DNA of 24,168 nt, from the NCBI GenBank assembly GCA_001179505.1, contig CDMY01000752.1, positions 1-24,168 on the forward strand. Direction: 5' to 3'. Below, piece by piece: positions 1 through 10,565 of this stretch. The position numbers were made by a program, and so were the translations under genes. The notes beneath the pieces were generated by a model that worked only from the letters and a program-made list of their open reading frames with translations, was not told the DNA's origin and did no database searches. Each line of letters opens with the position of its first letter. Within the stretch, counting starts at the first letter, position 1. Source of the DNA: Vitrella brassicaformis CCMP3155 (Eukaryota > Protista > Chromerida).

Positions 1-894
1 GGAGGGGTGCATTGCAATCAATATACACGACACGTGTGGGTGGGTGGGTGGGTGGGTAAGTGAGTGGTTGGGGTGGGTGGGGATGTGGGCAATACAATAC
101 ACGCCACGCGGTTGTCTATCTTCACTACACACGAAGCCCTAGCTAGCAGCGACGCAGTCAGTCAGTCAAAACCCGCCGTACCTGTGTGTACGGGGGAAAC
201 AGCAACCAGCCACACACACACAGCACAGCGCAGACACACATCGATGGAGGGATGGATCGAAGAAAACAAAACCTGGCTGACAGTGGCGGGGGGAAGGGTG
301 GGGGGTGGGATGCATTGACGTCTCTCTCCCTCTCTCTCTCTCTCTCTGGCAGGGAGCTCAATCAAACAACATGGCCAGTGGCCACACATCCACACATCTA
401 GCCTTCTCAGCGGCCGTCCCCAACCCCTGTGCACTAGCGACCGACCGACACACACACACACACAGGTGGGTGGGGGGTGGGGGTGCCTGGGGGAAATGGG
501 GGCATTCTGATGATGACCTGCATGATGGTCGGTCGGTCGGGTCGAGCCGAAAAATCTAAGAAGCAATCAATCAATGAATGGGTGAAGAGAAGACACCGAA
601 AAACAAGCAAGCCACGAGGCAGATTAGATAAGAATCGGGAGTCGAATGGAATCGAGCAGAGCGGACGACCCCCTGCGTGTCGTGTGCGCATCAGAGCATC
701 CCTTTCCACGCAGCCATCCGTCCAGCCATCCCTCCCACTGTTGCACCGTACCAACAGAAACAGTTCCCAGCGCTCCCTCCCTCCCTTTCTCCCTCCCTCC
801 CTCCCCCATCCATCCATCCGTCCAGTCCACCAAAACCTCCTGCCTTGGAAGGACACTGCCACTGCCACATTATCTATTTCACCCACTCACCTGC

Positions 895-919
895 CTGTCT
901 GTCTGTCTGTCTGTCTGTC
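895..919. repeat. (TGTC)n microsatellite, representative of many short CA/TG, CT, GGGA, CCTG and CCAT tracts in introns and intergenic DNA
   Basis: Seen directly; similar tracts near 2730-2790, 6940-7010, 10280-10300, 17445-17470, 18280-18330. Confidence 0.9.
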
Positions 920-1051
920 CTCCCCCTGCAGTCACGACAGATGCACCACCCGTATGCATCTGCCCGTCCCGTCTGTGTGTGTGTTTGTCCCTGTGTGTAC
1001 GTCTCATACACCCAGCGACACCCCACCCCACCCACCCCACCAATGCAATGC

Positions 1052-1351
1052 NNNNNNNNNNNNNNNNNNNNNNNNNNNNNNNNNNNNNNNNNNNNNNNNN
1101 NNNNNNNNNNNNNNNNNNNNNNNNNNNNNNNNNNNNNNNNNNNNNNNNNNNNNNNNNNNNNNNNNNNNNNNNNNNNNNNNNNNNNNNNNNNNNNNNNNNN
1201 NNNNNNNNNNNNNNNNNNNNNNNNNNNNNNNNNNNNNNNNNNNNNNNNNNNNNNNNNNNNNNNNNNNNNNNNNNNNNNNNNNNNNNNNNNNNNNNNNNNN
1301 NNNNNNNNNNNNNNNNNNNNNNNNNNNNNNNNNNNNNNNNNNNNNNNNNNN
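1052..1351. other. Assembly gap (300 N)
   Basis: Run of N; ORFs spanning it (477..1451, 646..1377, 677..1543, 874..1386) are artefacts. Confidence 0.99.
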
Positions 1352-2580
1352 GGGGGGGCGTTGGCTGTGGGTTTTAAGCCCTCCACTCGTGTCGTGTGGG
1401 GTGGGGTGTGTGTGTGTGTGGCTGTGGGCTCTGTTTGTGGTTGTGATATGATGCCCTGTGTTTTTGGCCGTGTGTGTGGGATGGATGGAGGGAGGGAGGG
1501 AGGGAGGGATGGCTGTGTACTCGCTAGTAAGACGAGTGTTTGAATGGGTGGGGGGAGGGTGGACTGGACAGAGAACTACAGACTACCTTGAAGGCAGGTC
1601 TACGGGCTGTCTCTGTGGCGTGTACACGATTTGGTTCCTCATATCTCGCTCGCATCGTGAGAGAGGAAAGCACCTACTGCACTTGACTTGACCTTACTGG
1701 TGGAGAGACAGAGTAGAGAGAGTAGACAACCTGAGCTCACTTGAGAGTCAGCCGACACCCAGTCAGCTGACCTGACTGACCTGACAGACAGATGGACTGA
1801 CGGTACTGACGAGAGATGGCCTCACGCGTGGCGTTCATGACGGTGCGTGTGTCACCAGTGATTGCAATGCAAGCTCAGTTCGTTGCTGCTAGGTGGATGG
1901 TTTGGTTTCATTCAGGGAATCGAATGCAGCCGACAGAGTATTGAGAGGGAAAAATGCCACCCACGGTGGCCAATCCAATCCGTCAACCAATTTTTCCTGC
2001 CCCTCTCAAACAGACACACACACACACGCATCAAAAGGCACTTAGTTTCCTCACTCATGGGGCAGCTAGGAAGGAAGGCACTGGAAAAACAGTCACACAC
2101 TCACACACAGCCCACACAGCTCACACGGCGCGCTCACCGATCTCCTTCTTGGTCTTGTCCACCCCGGCCCACGCTATCCACAGAAACACAGGCCATGTAC
2201 TCGCACACCACACCACACCAACACATCGACTGTACACAACACACACAACACACAACACAACACAACACGACAGCACAAAACGGAACGAACAGGATATCCA
2301 TCCATGCATGGAACTCTAAGAAATGAGGCAACAAGAAGCTGGTGGTAGGTTCCTTGGCCACCCTTGGCCACGTGACGACAAGATGAAGAGAACTGCTGTC
2401 TCTCTCACTCCCTCCCTCCCTCCCTCCACCCCTTCCCTGCTCTCTCGAGGCACATGCACAAACGAACATACGGAAGTGCACAGACACACGGACACAGGCC
2501 AGCCCTTCAGCTGCCTCATTCCTCCCTGCCTGCCTGCCTGCCTGCCTGCCTGCGTGTCCGCCTGTGGTGCATGTATGTGT

Positions 2581-4473
2581 CTATCGATCTATCATGATGG
2601 GCGCGAGCCTCACCCTCCCCGGGCACTTCCTCTTGAAGTCGTCCCAATCCCGACAGAAGAAGTCGACCATCAACCGCGCGATCTGATTCGGATACTCTGA
2701 TCGACACAGACAGAGCACATACAGAGGAGCAATGAGTCTCTCTCTCTCTCTCTGTGCGTGTGTGTGTGTGTATGTGTGTGTGTGTGTGTCGGCAGGGGGG
2801 CCCACCGCACCTTCGATGGAGTGGTGTGTGCCGAGTAGGAAGGGCACCAGATGGATGTTCGGTATGATCCCAGCCATCTCGTATTGCTGGTAGGGGGGCG
2901 TCATGGCGTCCAGAAGGCCCGTCAGCATCACAGTCGGCGTCCGCACCTCGGGCAGTAACGCCGCCACCGAGTGGCAGTCCAACGCCTGCACACAGGACAG
3001 GCACAGGTATGCACAATCATTGCACCCACTACATTGAGCGCACCGCACCTGACAGCCGTGTGGTGTGGTGTGTGCATCCTCTGCTCTCCTTTCCTTCCCT
3101 TCCCTCCCATCCTCCCTCCCTCCCTCCCTCCCTCTCCCTCTTGGCACCTGTAGAATGATGCCGACATTGTTTGCGTGTGACGCCGTGTTGCCAAACACAT
3201 CCGACGCATTGAGCAGCATCATCCACTCGTACGTGGGTATGCCCGTTAAGACACCCAGGGGCTTCCAGAGGTACCTCCGCAGCCAGTGGATGACGACGCG
3301 GTAGATGCGGAGGAAGATGGCGTACAGATTGGGGTAGGGGCAGATGCCGTAGCGGCACACCCATATGAGGGAGTGTAGGATGCGGGGCACCAGGGGGTTG
3401 GGCAGGTACCAGCTGATCTGGAAGGCGCACGTCAGCGTGTGGCCCCAATTGCCGTTGACCAGGAACAGACGCTCCACCTTGTCTGGGTACGTCGCAGCGA
3501 ACTGAACGAACACGCAAGAAAAGAAGATGAGAAAGAATGAAGCAGGCAGTATCACCATCGATCGACATCCCATCCACATGCCCCTTCCCTCCCTCACCTG
3601 CAAAGCGATCTGCACACCGGTGCTCCACCCGCCCATTCCATGGAACTTGGGAATGCCCAGATGCACCATCAGGTCCAGCGCATCGTCAGTGAGCCTCTCC
3701 ACCGAAAACCTGACAGCGTCGCACGGGTCGTCGCTGTCGAACTGCCCCCGATAGTCCCACGTGACGACTCTGAAGTCGTCTGTCCACACCTCGCCCTTGC
3801 CGCCCATGCTGGTGTAGATTCGCTGGAGGGCGGTGTGTGCTGGCGACCACAGCAGGTACGAGCAGTTGACCCCGTTGCAGAGGAGGATGGTCTTATCGCC
3901 GTTGCCGAAGATCCCGTACCGCAGGTTGAGGCCGTCACGCGTTCGGAAGGTGCCCTCCTCCTGCGGCCCGAGGTGGGACAGCAGCCTCTCTTTGAGATCG
4001 TCGACATCCTTTATCGGGCCGCCGTCAAAGAGCTTGCTCTGCTTCATGCCCTCCCTGTACCTCCGATACCGCCGCCACACGAACAGGATGAAGCAGGGCC
4101 ACATCAGCGGGTTGATGACGCACGCCAGAGCAGCCACGATGGCGATGCCGATGGCCGTCCAGGCGATGGTGCTGTGGATGTGGAACACCAGCATCGTGTA
4201 CACGTAGCGGTAAGCTCCCTTGAGCCAGCCATTGACCTCAGGCGGTAACGCTCTCCGTCGCTCCGGATCCCTGTGATCCTCTGCAGTCGTGTGGCCGAGG
4301 CGCGAAGGGGACACGTAGGGGGAGGGGGGAAGGGGGGAGGAGAGCAACGACACCTCATTGAGGCGGTCGGAAGGGCTGTCTGCATCGGCGGTCGTCGCAC
4401 CAGAGTCGGGTTCAGCAGGGCTCGTGTCATCGCTCACACGCTGAGGTGGAAGCATACTGTGCTCATTCGACAT
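2581..4473 (-). CDS. Alpha/beta-hydrolase-fold protein with N-terminal membrane segment (4 exons, ~506 aa)
   Basis: Exons 4473-3598, 3501-3148, 2985-2811, 2696-2581 join at GT-AG sites in frame. Motifs: ILLCNG, VVTWDYRGQFDS, nucleophile elbow GWSTG, acid GLLDAMTP, His in GTHHS; hydrophobic stretch IAWTAIGIAIVAALACVINPLMWPCFILFVW. Start could be an upstream ATG (up to 4596); the 3' end could extend via a GTGAGG donor after KCPGR. Confidence 0.88.
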   Translation of the reverse strand: MSNEHSMLPPQRVSDDTSPAEPDSGATTADADSPSDRLNEVSLLSSPLPPSPYVSPSRLGHTTAEDHRDPERRRALPPEVNGWLKGAYRYVYTMLVFHIHSTIAWTAIGIAIVAALACVINPLMWPCFILFVWRRYRRYREGMKQSKLFDGGPIKDVDDLKERLLSHLGPQEEGTFRTRDGLNLRYGIFGNGDKTILLCNGVNCSYLLWSPAHTALQRIYTSMGGKGEVWTDDFRVVTWDYRGQFDSDDPCDAVRFSVERLTDDALDLMVHLGIPKFHGMGGWSTGVQIALQVREGRGMWMGCRSMVILPASFFLIFFSCVFVQFAATYPDKVERLFLVNGNWGHTLTCAFQISWYLPNPLVPRILHSLIWVCRYGICPYPNLYAIFLRIYRVVIHWLRRYLWKPLGVLTGIPTYEWMMLLNASDVFGNTASHANNVGIILQVPRGRGREGGREDGREGKERRAEDAHTTPHGCQVRCAQCSGCNDCAYLCLSCVQALDCHSVAALLPEVRTPTVMLTGLLDAMTPPYQQYEMAGIIPNIHLVPFLLGTHHSIEGAVGPPADTHTHTYTHTHAQRERERLIAPLYVLCLCRSEYPNQIARLMVDFFCRDWDDFKRKCPGRVRLAPIMIDR

Positions 4474-4648
4474 GTCGGGGTCTTGCTGTTTCCTCTCTTG
4501 AACACCGAGAGATCGTGCGAGCTCAGAGCCTGAAGGCGAGGACTCGAGAAGAGAGAGAAGGAGGAGAAAACACATTGAAGCAGGGTATACCATCACAAAG
4601 GGAGAAGATCTTCGAAGATCCGCTGGATTTGATTCATTCCCACTGTAC

Positions 4649-4707
4649 GTATGTCTTGTTGCCTGCTGATGATTCCCTCCCTGTCCATGTGTGATTCACT
4701 GCTGCAG
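4649..4707 (+). other. Probable 5'-UTR intron of the methyltransferase gene
   Basis: GTATGT donor at 4649 and pyrimidine-rich ctgctgcag acceptor ending 4707 (59 nt), upstream of ATG 4855. Confidence 0.5.
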
Positions 4708-4787
4708 GTTGGCACCGTCAGAGTCGTCTGCGTCGTCTCGCTCGCCGTGCCGCCACCAAACTGTCATCGTGACGAGCCAAAATCAGA
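4705..4787 (+). repeat. Diverged copy of exon 3 of the small secreted protein gene (10459..10541)
   Basis: About 83 bp aligns with 10459..10541 including the CAG acceptor; reads GWHRQSRLRRLARRAATKLSS* versus GWHRESRLRRLARRAATKLSSVGAKIR. Confidence 0.9.
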
Positions 4788-4854
4788 GGCCGGTGCCATC
4801 CATCATCCCGAGAGCCGGGCGTTCGTCAAAGGCCGGGCAGCAGTCCAGGTGGTT

Positions 4855-5415
4855 ATGGCCGTCGATGGACCACCTCTGCCCTTCTCAGACGAGGAGTCAT
4901 GCGCTTATGGCAGCCTCTCTGCCATTGCCCCAAATGTGTCGACCCCCATCACCGTCTTTCGACGCATTGCCGAGATGGCTGGTCTGACACCTGACGACCG
5001 CCTGGTTGACCTGGGCTGCGGAGATGGCGACCTGCTCGTCTATGCTGCCGAGCACTATGGCGTCCACGGCCAGGGATGGGACATCCTGCCTGAGGCTCTG
5101 GCGAGGGCACGGGAGAAGGCGGCAGAGAGGGGCGTGGCGGAACGAGTGAAGTTCTTGCAGCGGGACTTTCTGCAGGAGAGATCCTGGGTTGAATGGGCGA
5201 CGGTTGTGTATGTGTACCTGACGCCGCGGTGCCTGAGCCATCCCTTCCTGAGGGAGGCGCTGACAGAGTTCTTGCGGGGAGGGGGCGGCCGGCGAGTGGT
5301 GGCGTACCACTACTTTCCTCAATTGGATGTGGGCTGTGAGTGTGCGGTGGACGAGCAGCTCAAGATATGCGTGTGGAGGGCGAAGGAGAGTGAGGGAGGC
5401 CTTTGCAGACAGTAG
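4855..5415 (+). CDS. Class I SAM-dependent methyltransferase (FAM173/ATPSCKMT-like or bacterial-type), single coding exon, ~186 aa
   Basis: Motif I LVDLGCGDG, post-I GWDI, preceding APNVSTP...MAGLTPDD segment and ATVVYVYL typical of this small methyltransferase group. Start taken at MAVDGPP (4855). Confidence 0.85.
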   Translation: MAVDGPPLPFSDEESCAYGSLSAIAPNVSTPITVFRRIAEMAGLTPDDRLVDLGCGDGDLLVYAAEHYGVHGQGWDILPEALARAREKAAERGVAERVKFLQRDFLQERSWVEWATVVYVYLTPRCLSHPFLREALTEFLRGGGGRRVVAYHYFPQLDVGCECAVDEQLKICVWRAKESEGGLCRQ

Positions 5416-5855
5416 CGAGCAGATGGGCCGTGGGTCTGTCTGTCTGTCTTGTCTGTCTGTTGAGTCGATGGATCGGATCTACCTGCTTCGTGCTGTGCCG
5501 GTTGTTGGTGTCGAAATGGCTGCCTGCGATTTGTGATGGTTCAGTTCATCTGTAGGGTCAAGTGATATCATTGAGGACACTCATCTGATGACACACACGC
5601 GTCCCTCCCTCCCTCCCACATTACCCTTATTGTCACACCCTCGTACACACAGACCTCCCTTGCCTGCTTGCTTGCTTGTCTCCTCACATAGATGTCGGCC
5701 TGCAGCCCTCCCTCATCCAGCATCTCTCGCATTGTATGCATAAAAGCCTCTTCATTTAGCAAACCACACACTCACACACACACGCCGCCAAACATCTCAT
5801 GCTTCCTCATCACACACCTGCCTTAAGGGGCCGTGCTATCTGTAGCTGGTGGTCG

Positions 5856-8563
5856 TCAGTATATGGTCGGGCCGTTGTTCCATCCCTCATCGAGCCTGGG
5901 CCTCGACGGGATGGGATTGAACTCGGGAATGTCATATGGAGCATCCCTGACAGACATGACATGGACACACACCTGTGTGTCCATGTGTGTGCGGCTTCCT
6001 TCGGTGACTGACTGACCTTGGGTTGAGCATTCGTGTGAGCAGGTTGACCCTGGGTGATGTGGAGAACCATATGTAGTCGGCCAGGAAGCGAGAGTAGCTC
6101 TTACGGGCTCCCTGACCCTGCACCACCACACACAGTCACATGCCACTGTGCCGTCAGTGCACCGTGCGCTCCCTCGGTCACTCCGTCGCTCACCAGGCCT
6201 AGCCTGAGTCTCCTGATGTACGAGTAGCTTTCCTCAGCGGTGGGGTTGAGGAGCACCGACGCGACGCGGAACTTGCCGTCCCGCCTCCTCAGGTTGTAGT
6301 AGTCCGTCCCCAGCCGCTCGGCACGAGCCTGGATGCCGTAGCCGTACTTGACGTGGTCAGATCCCGCCAGAAGCACCATCTTGTGACCTGTCGGTCCACC
6401 ACACACACCACGGCCAGCCACGAGATACGTACGCATGTGGTGCGCTGTCTCTGTGTCTGTCTTAGAATGTTAGTTACGTGGGTGTTCCTCGAGCCACTTG
6501 GTCGCCTGCAGGACGGCCACAGCCAAGAGACGATCAGAAAGGAGGAGCAAGCAGTGTCTGTGTCACGTCGTTGTGTCTTACTTACTGCGTTTGCCATGGT
6601 TTCGTCCCAGAGCACTCGAGCAGCGAAGAAGAGATTGGGGTCGGGGCTGGGCCCCAGCACGCCCGTCTCGTTGTGGTACTCGAAGCTCCGGCGAATCACA
6701 CGGTCGGCATACATCTGAACACGACAAACAAGACAAGGGACGGTGCGGTGCACACATCAATCACATCAGGTCAGCACAGCGGCTGGCTGCCCGCAGTCTG
6801 CACAGGCCTGTGTGATTGATATGACCTTGAATCCCGGTTGGTTTGTATAGTTGAGGAAGCCGAGCACGTCGGGGACATACCTCTGCCGCTCGGCGCCACG
6901 CAGCCCCTCAAATCCCGACAGCTGGACCTGACACACACGGACACACACACACACACACACGCATCCACAGTCGTACGTTTCCTCCGTGTGTGTGTGTGTG
7001 TGTGTGTGTGCATGTGCCGAGCGCACCTTTAGCTGCGCTTCGCTGTCTGTGTTGGCAGCGACGAGGGGCACCCTTGCCTGCCGCGCCCAGTGGAACAGAG
7101 GCAGGTAGTTCTCGAAGGGGAAGGGCCACCGGTCGTCCCACTCGGTGCTCCGCCTCAGGTCCTCGTCAGCAGCTGCGAGGTCAGCTACCTCACGGCTGAT
7201 GTACCTGATATAGCCACACACACACACACACACAATGTATGTCTGACTCTGGCGTGTGTCTGAGTGCCTGCCTGCCTGCCTACCGACACACCTGTCGAGT
7301 GCGGGTTGGAACTGCAGCTGGACCATTTCGAGTCCGAGTGCGAGGTTGTAGTGGAGGCCCCGCAGCTCGCGGACGAGCCTCAGGGCCAGCTCCTGGTCTA
7401 TGCCCTGGTCGTGGTGCTCACCCAACAACACCAACTCGTTCTCGCGAAGAATTTTCTACGCACAGAGAAAACAGAGAAAGGCAGGCAGGCAGGCAGACAG
7501 ACAGATCGATGCGTGGACGGACGGACAGATGGATCGATGAATTGATGGAGGGCAGGTCCTGTTTGTCTGTCGCTACTCTCACTCGCTGCCTTGCCTACCT
7601 TGAGCATGTTGGTCTCGCCCCTGCCGCTGGTCATGGGCTGCATCGTCGGCGGGTCAGTCGGCAGAATCTGATCCATCCATGGCCAGCACACACCCATAAC
7701 ATCACACACACATCACAGCGTTTCATCGCTTTGCCCCTTCCTTCCACCACCCTGTCCCCCACCCAGCCCACCTGATACGCCAGAGGTCTGGGCGACAGTG
7801 GCGTGACGCCATCTGCCCGAAGGTAGTTGGGAGTGGGGGTGGGCGTGGGGGTGGGACCGTTGACCGTCACAGGAAGGAACACAAAGTCCTTCGGGAACAC
7901 TTCCTCCGCTACCTGGGCTGCAGCCTGCTGGGCTGACGCACCGCCAGGCAGGCTGAGACCAATGGATGAGGCAGCCAGGGGCAGCAGCGCCTGGCCGACG
8001 GCATTCCTGAGGAAGCCACGCCTCGACTCTTCGTCGCTCATATCCTGTTGAATGACGTCTGCTTCGTCCGGGCGGCCGAATAATGCCACGGAAGGCGATA
8101 AAGACACAGCTGAATCATCCCGCTGCAACGGCATGTATCGACGTCGGGATGCTGCCCTGCCGCGCAAGCGAGGTGGCTGTGTGGGACCGATGAAGCCTTG
8201 GAGAGCGTTGATGAGATCTGATGTCGTCAGGAGTGTGTCGTCGTGCTCCAGCCGTCTGCTTGAGTGATGCTTTACGCCAGAAAGATGAGAGCCACCTCGT
8301 TGACATGCTGCAGATCCATTAGATGAGAGCTGGCCGGACAGATAAGGGCTGTTTTCGTCCCCCAGAGCCGACGGCTGCATCCTTGCGAGGATGGTGCTGT
8401 TGGCTGCAACCCAGTGATGCGCTTCAGATGAAGGCATCGTAGCAGCAGGCAAGATCAGCTGCTGCAGTGCCACCAGGGATGTCATGATTCGCCACCACCT
8501 CCGAGATCTCCAGAACAGCTCACGCTGCCGCGCCGACCGCCTGATTGATGCCGTTTTCTCCAT
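5856..8563 (-). CDS. ChaN/DUF399 (Tiki superfamily, haem-uptake-like) protein with plastid/thylakoid targeting leader (10 exons, ~615 aa)
   Basis: Exons 8563-7772, 7667-7599, 7455-7292, 7204-7027, 6927-6826, 6714-6586, 6505-6478, 6387-6194, 6117-6017, 5946-5856 total 1848 nt in frame. ChaN motifs LVLLGEHHD, LALGLEMVQ..FQPALD, LWDETMA, MVLLAGSDHVKYGYGI; Tat-like SRRGFL then hydrophobic core. Start codon uncertain. Confidence 0.85.
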
Positions 8564-8788
8564 GTGTTGTCCAGATCTCCTTGATACACGGCCATTACAC
8601 ACCCCGCACGTGGCTGTGAAGGGTACAAGACGCGCGAAGACAGCGGAGCGATCGTAGGTCGATCACCCTTCTGAACGGCGAGGCGAAAAACGAAGGTAGG
8701 AAGGCGTCAGACGGGGTTGGAAAGGACGCCTTCGTTCTTTTTGCAGATCCGCTGATCCCAGGTCGCCCGATCTCATCATTGTGGCTCA

Positions 8789-9975
8789 ATGGAGCATGAC
8801 TTCCCCTTCCCTTATCACTCAGTCGTCCTCAAACCTTCTACCGAAGACGCCAGCAGCGACGCAAGGGACGGCGGCAGGCCGGCCAGCAAGGTGGTCTTGC
8901 TTCACGGCTTCAACCAGTGCAGTGAATGCTGGACGAAGACAGCCGAGGCGCTCAGACAGCGGGGCCATATGGTGCTCCTGATAGATTTCTTGGGATGGGG
9001 CTCATCAGCCCGTGGCGCTACATACAGGCGGTGCCGCCTGAGCACCGATCTTTACGTGGAGCAAGTGCGGCACGCCGTTCTGAAGGTGGGATGGGGCGAT
9101 GAGCTTCTCGTGATGGCCGGCATCTCCCTTGGAGGTGGGCAGGGCGGTGTGGCTGTCGATAGTGTGGAAGGGCCAGCCATTGTGTTGGTGTGCATCAGGT
9201 GCTGTGGCTCTCAAGTACGTGCTCAAGTATGATCACGTGGCTGCCATCAATCTCATGTAGGAGGAGAGGACAGCTATCCATCTCGAGTGTCCGTTCCATC
9301 CTCTTTGCCGTCCCCGTGTGTGTGTGTGTGTGTGTATGTGTGCCTGCAGTGCTGCTGCAGGCCGTCCCGAGCCCCACAGGACCACCCCGGCTCGAGTGAA
9401 GGGGATCTTGTCGCCTTTCTTTGCCGCTTGGTACCTCACCAAGGACACAGTGGACCACCTGCTTGAGCCTGTGCACATGCTGCTGCGGGCGACACGCGAG
9501 CCCCTCCTCTTTTTCCGCCGCGCTCATCTCATCAGCCAGACGCCTGACTATCTGGTACCCGAGGAGGTTTTTGATCTGCTGCCAGTGCGGGTGAAGAGGC
9601 TGGCGTACCTGTATGCTGAAGAGGATGCGTGGCACGGGCCCGACTCGTTCCTGTCCGGCTTTCAGCACCTGAGGCGACTGGGCCATCCTGCAGCGGGCAA
9701 TCTCATTGTCAAGGGCTTCAACCACAGGTCAGGGCAGGTGCAGCATGCGGTGTGCGTATGTTGCGTCCCTCTGTGTGTATGCGTTCTTCAGTCACGTGTC
9801 TATGTGTCTGAGCATCGACGACTTACTGCTGCATGAAGAGCCCATCTGGCACCTGCCCACAGATGACGACATCGAGCGAGACAGACAGGAGCAGCCAAGC
9901 ACAGTGTCCCACCACCCGTCGAGTGACGTATTGGGTGACGTGGTCTCGCCCGTCGGGCTTCGGTCACGGCTCTAG
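8789..9975 (+). CDS. Alpha/beta hydrolase with C-terminal PTS1 (4 exons, ~321 aa)
   Basis: Exons 8789-9134, 9199-9256, 9350-9727, 9792-9975 (966 nt). VVLLHGF, LLIDFLGWGSS, GISLGG elbow, NLIAAAG strand, AEED acid, FNHSH His; ends RSRL*. Confidence 0.85.
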
Positions 9976-10106
9976 CTAGCTGATTGCTTGTGTATGTGTA
10001 CTACATATATATGTGTGTCGTTCTCGACCGACGATCGATTCGTTGTTAATTGGTGTTTTTTTGAGAGAAACTCCGACTCAGTCTTGGCACGTGACTGACA
10101 TTGATT

Positions 10107-10565
10107 ATGATGAAGCTCGCTCTTCTCGTCAGTGTGTGCCTGGCTGGCAGCTGCGGTGTGCTGTGCTCGCCGGTCAAGGACAGGGACAAAGTGGTGCCAG
10201 CGACAGACAATGCCTTCTACCTGACGGGTCGGTGCATCAACCATGAACCAATCTGGCAGCATTTGATTGATTCACGTGTCTGTCTGTCTGTCTGTCTGTC
10301 TGTGGGCCAGGATCGAAGGGTGACCCGGACATCGGCACACTGACCTTCAACCTGAAGATCGAACCGGAGAACCGCAAGCCGTCCGAAGCAGGTCAGACAG
10401 ACAGACAAACAAACAACCAGTTACTCTCTTGTTTGATGCTGATGGCTCGATGTTTGTCCAGGTTGGCATCGTGAGAGCCGTCTGCGTCGCCTCGCCCGCC
10501 GTGCCGCCACCAAACTCTCATCCGTGGGAGCCAAGATCAGATCACTCAAAGACGACATTCAGTGA
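10107..10565 (+). CDS. Small secreted protein of unknown family (3 exons, ~101 aa; possible 4th exon 10637-10670)
   Basis: Exons 10107-10227, 10311-10391, 10462-10565 join with phase-1 GT-AG introns: MMKLALLVSVCLAGSCGVLCSPVKDRDKVVPATDNAFYLTGSKGDPDIGTLTFNLKIEPENRKPSEAGWHRESRLRRLARRAATKLSSVGAKIRSLKDDIQ*. A GTGAGT at 10562 could splice to LYGGQPYVKR* (10637-10670). The synonymous bias against the 4708 copy supports the exon 3 frame. Confidence 0.75.

Noticed and set aside
1-1051. Possible minus-strand gene start (ATGCAG near 524, MQVIIRMPPFPP) and exon fragments
   Set aside because: No consistent splice path or recognisable domain; the sequence is mostly simple repeats.
1352-2580. Exon-like fragments on the minus strand (e.g. 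near 1590-1660 and 2135-2180) that might extend the hydrolase or form another gene
   Set aside because: Frames and junctions are ambiguous and no protein motif anchors them.
10242-10258. Intronic catgaaccaatctggca resembling the coding catgaagagcccatctggca near 9832
   Set aside because: About 17 nt with a gap and a mismatch; within chance for this window.
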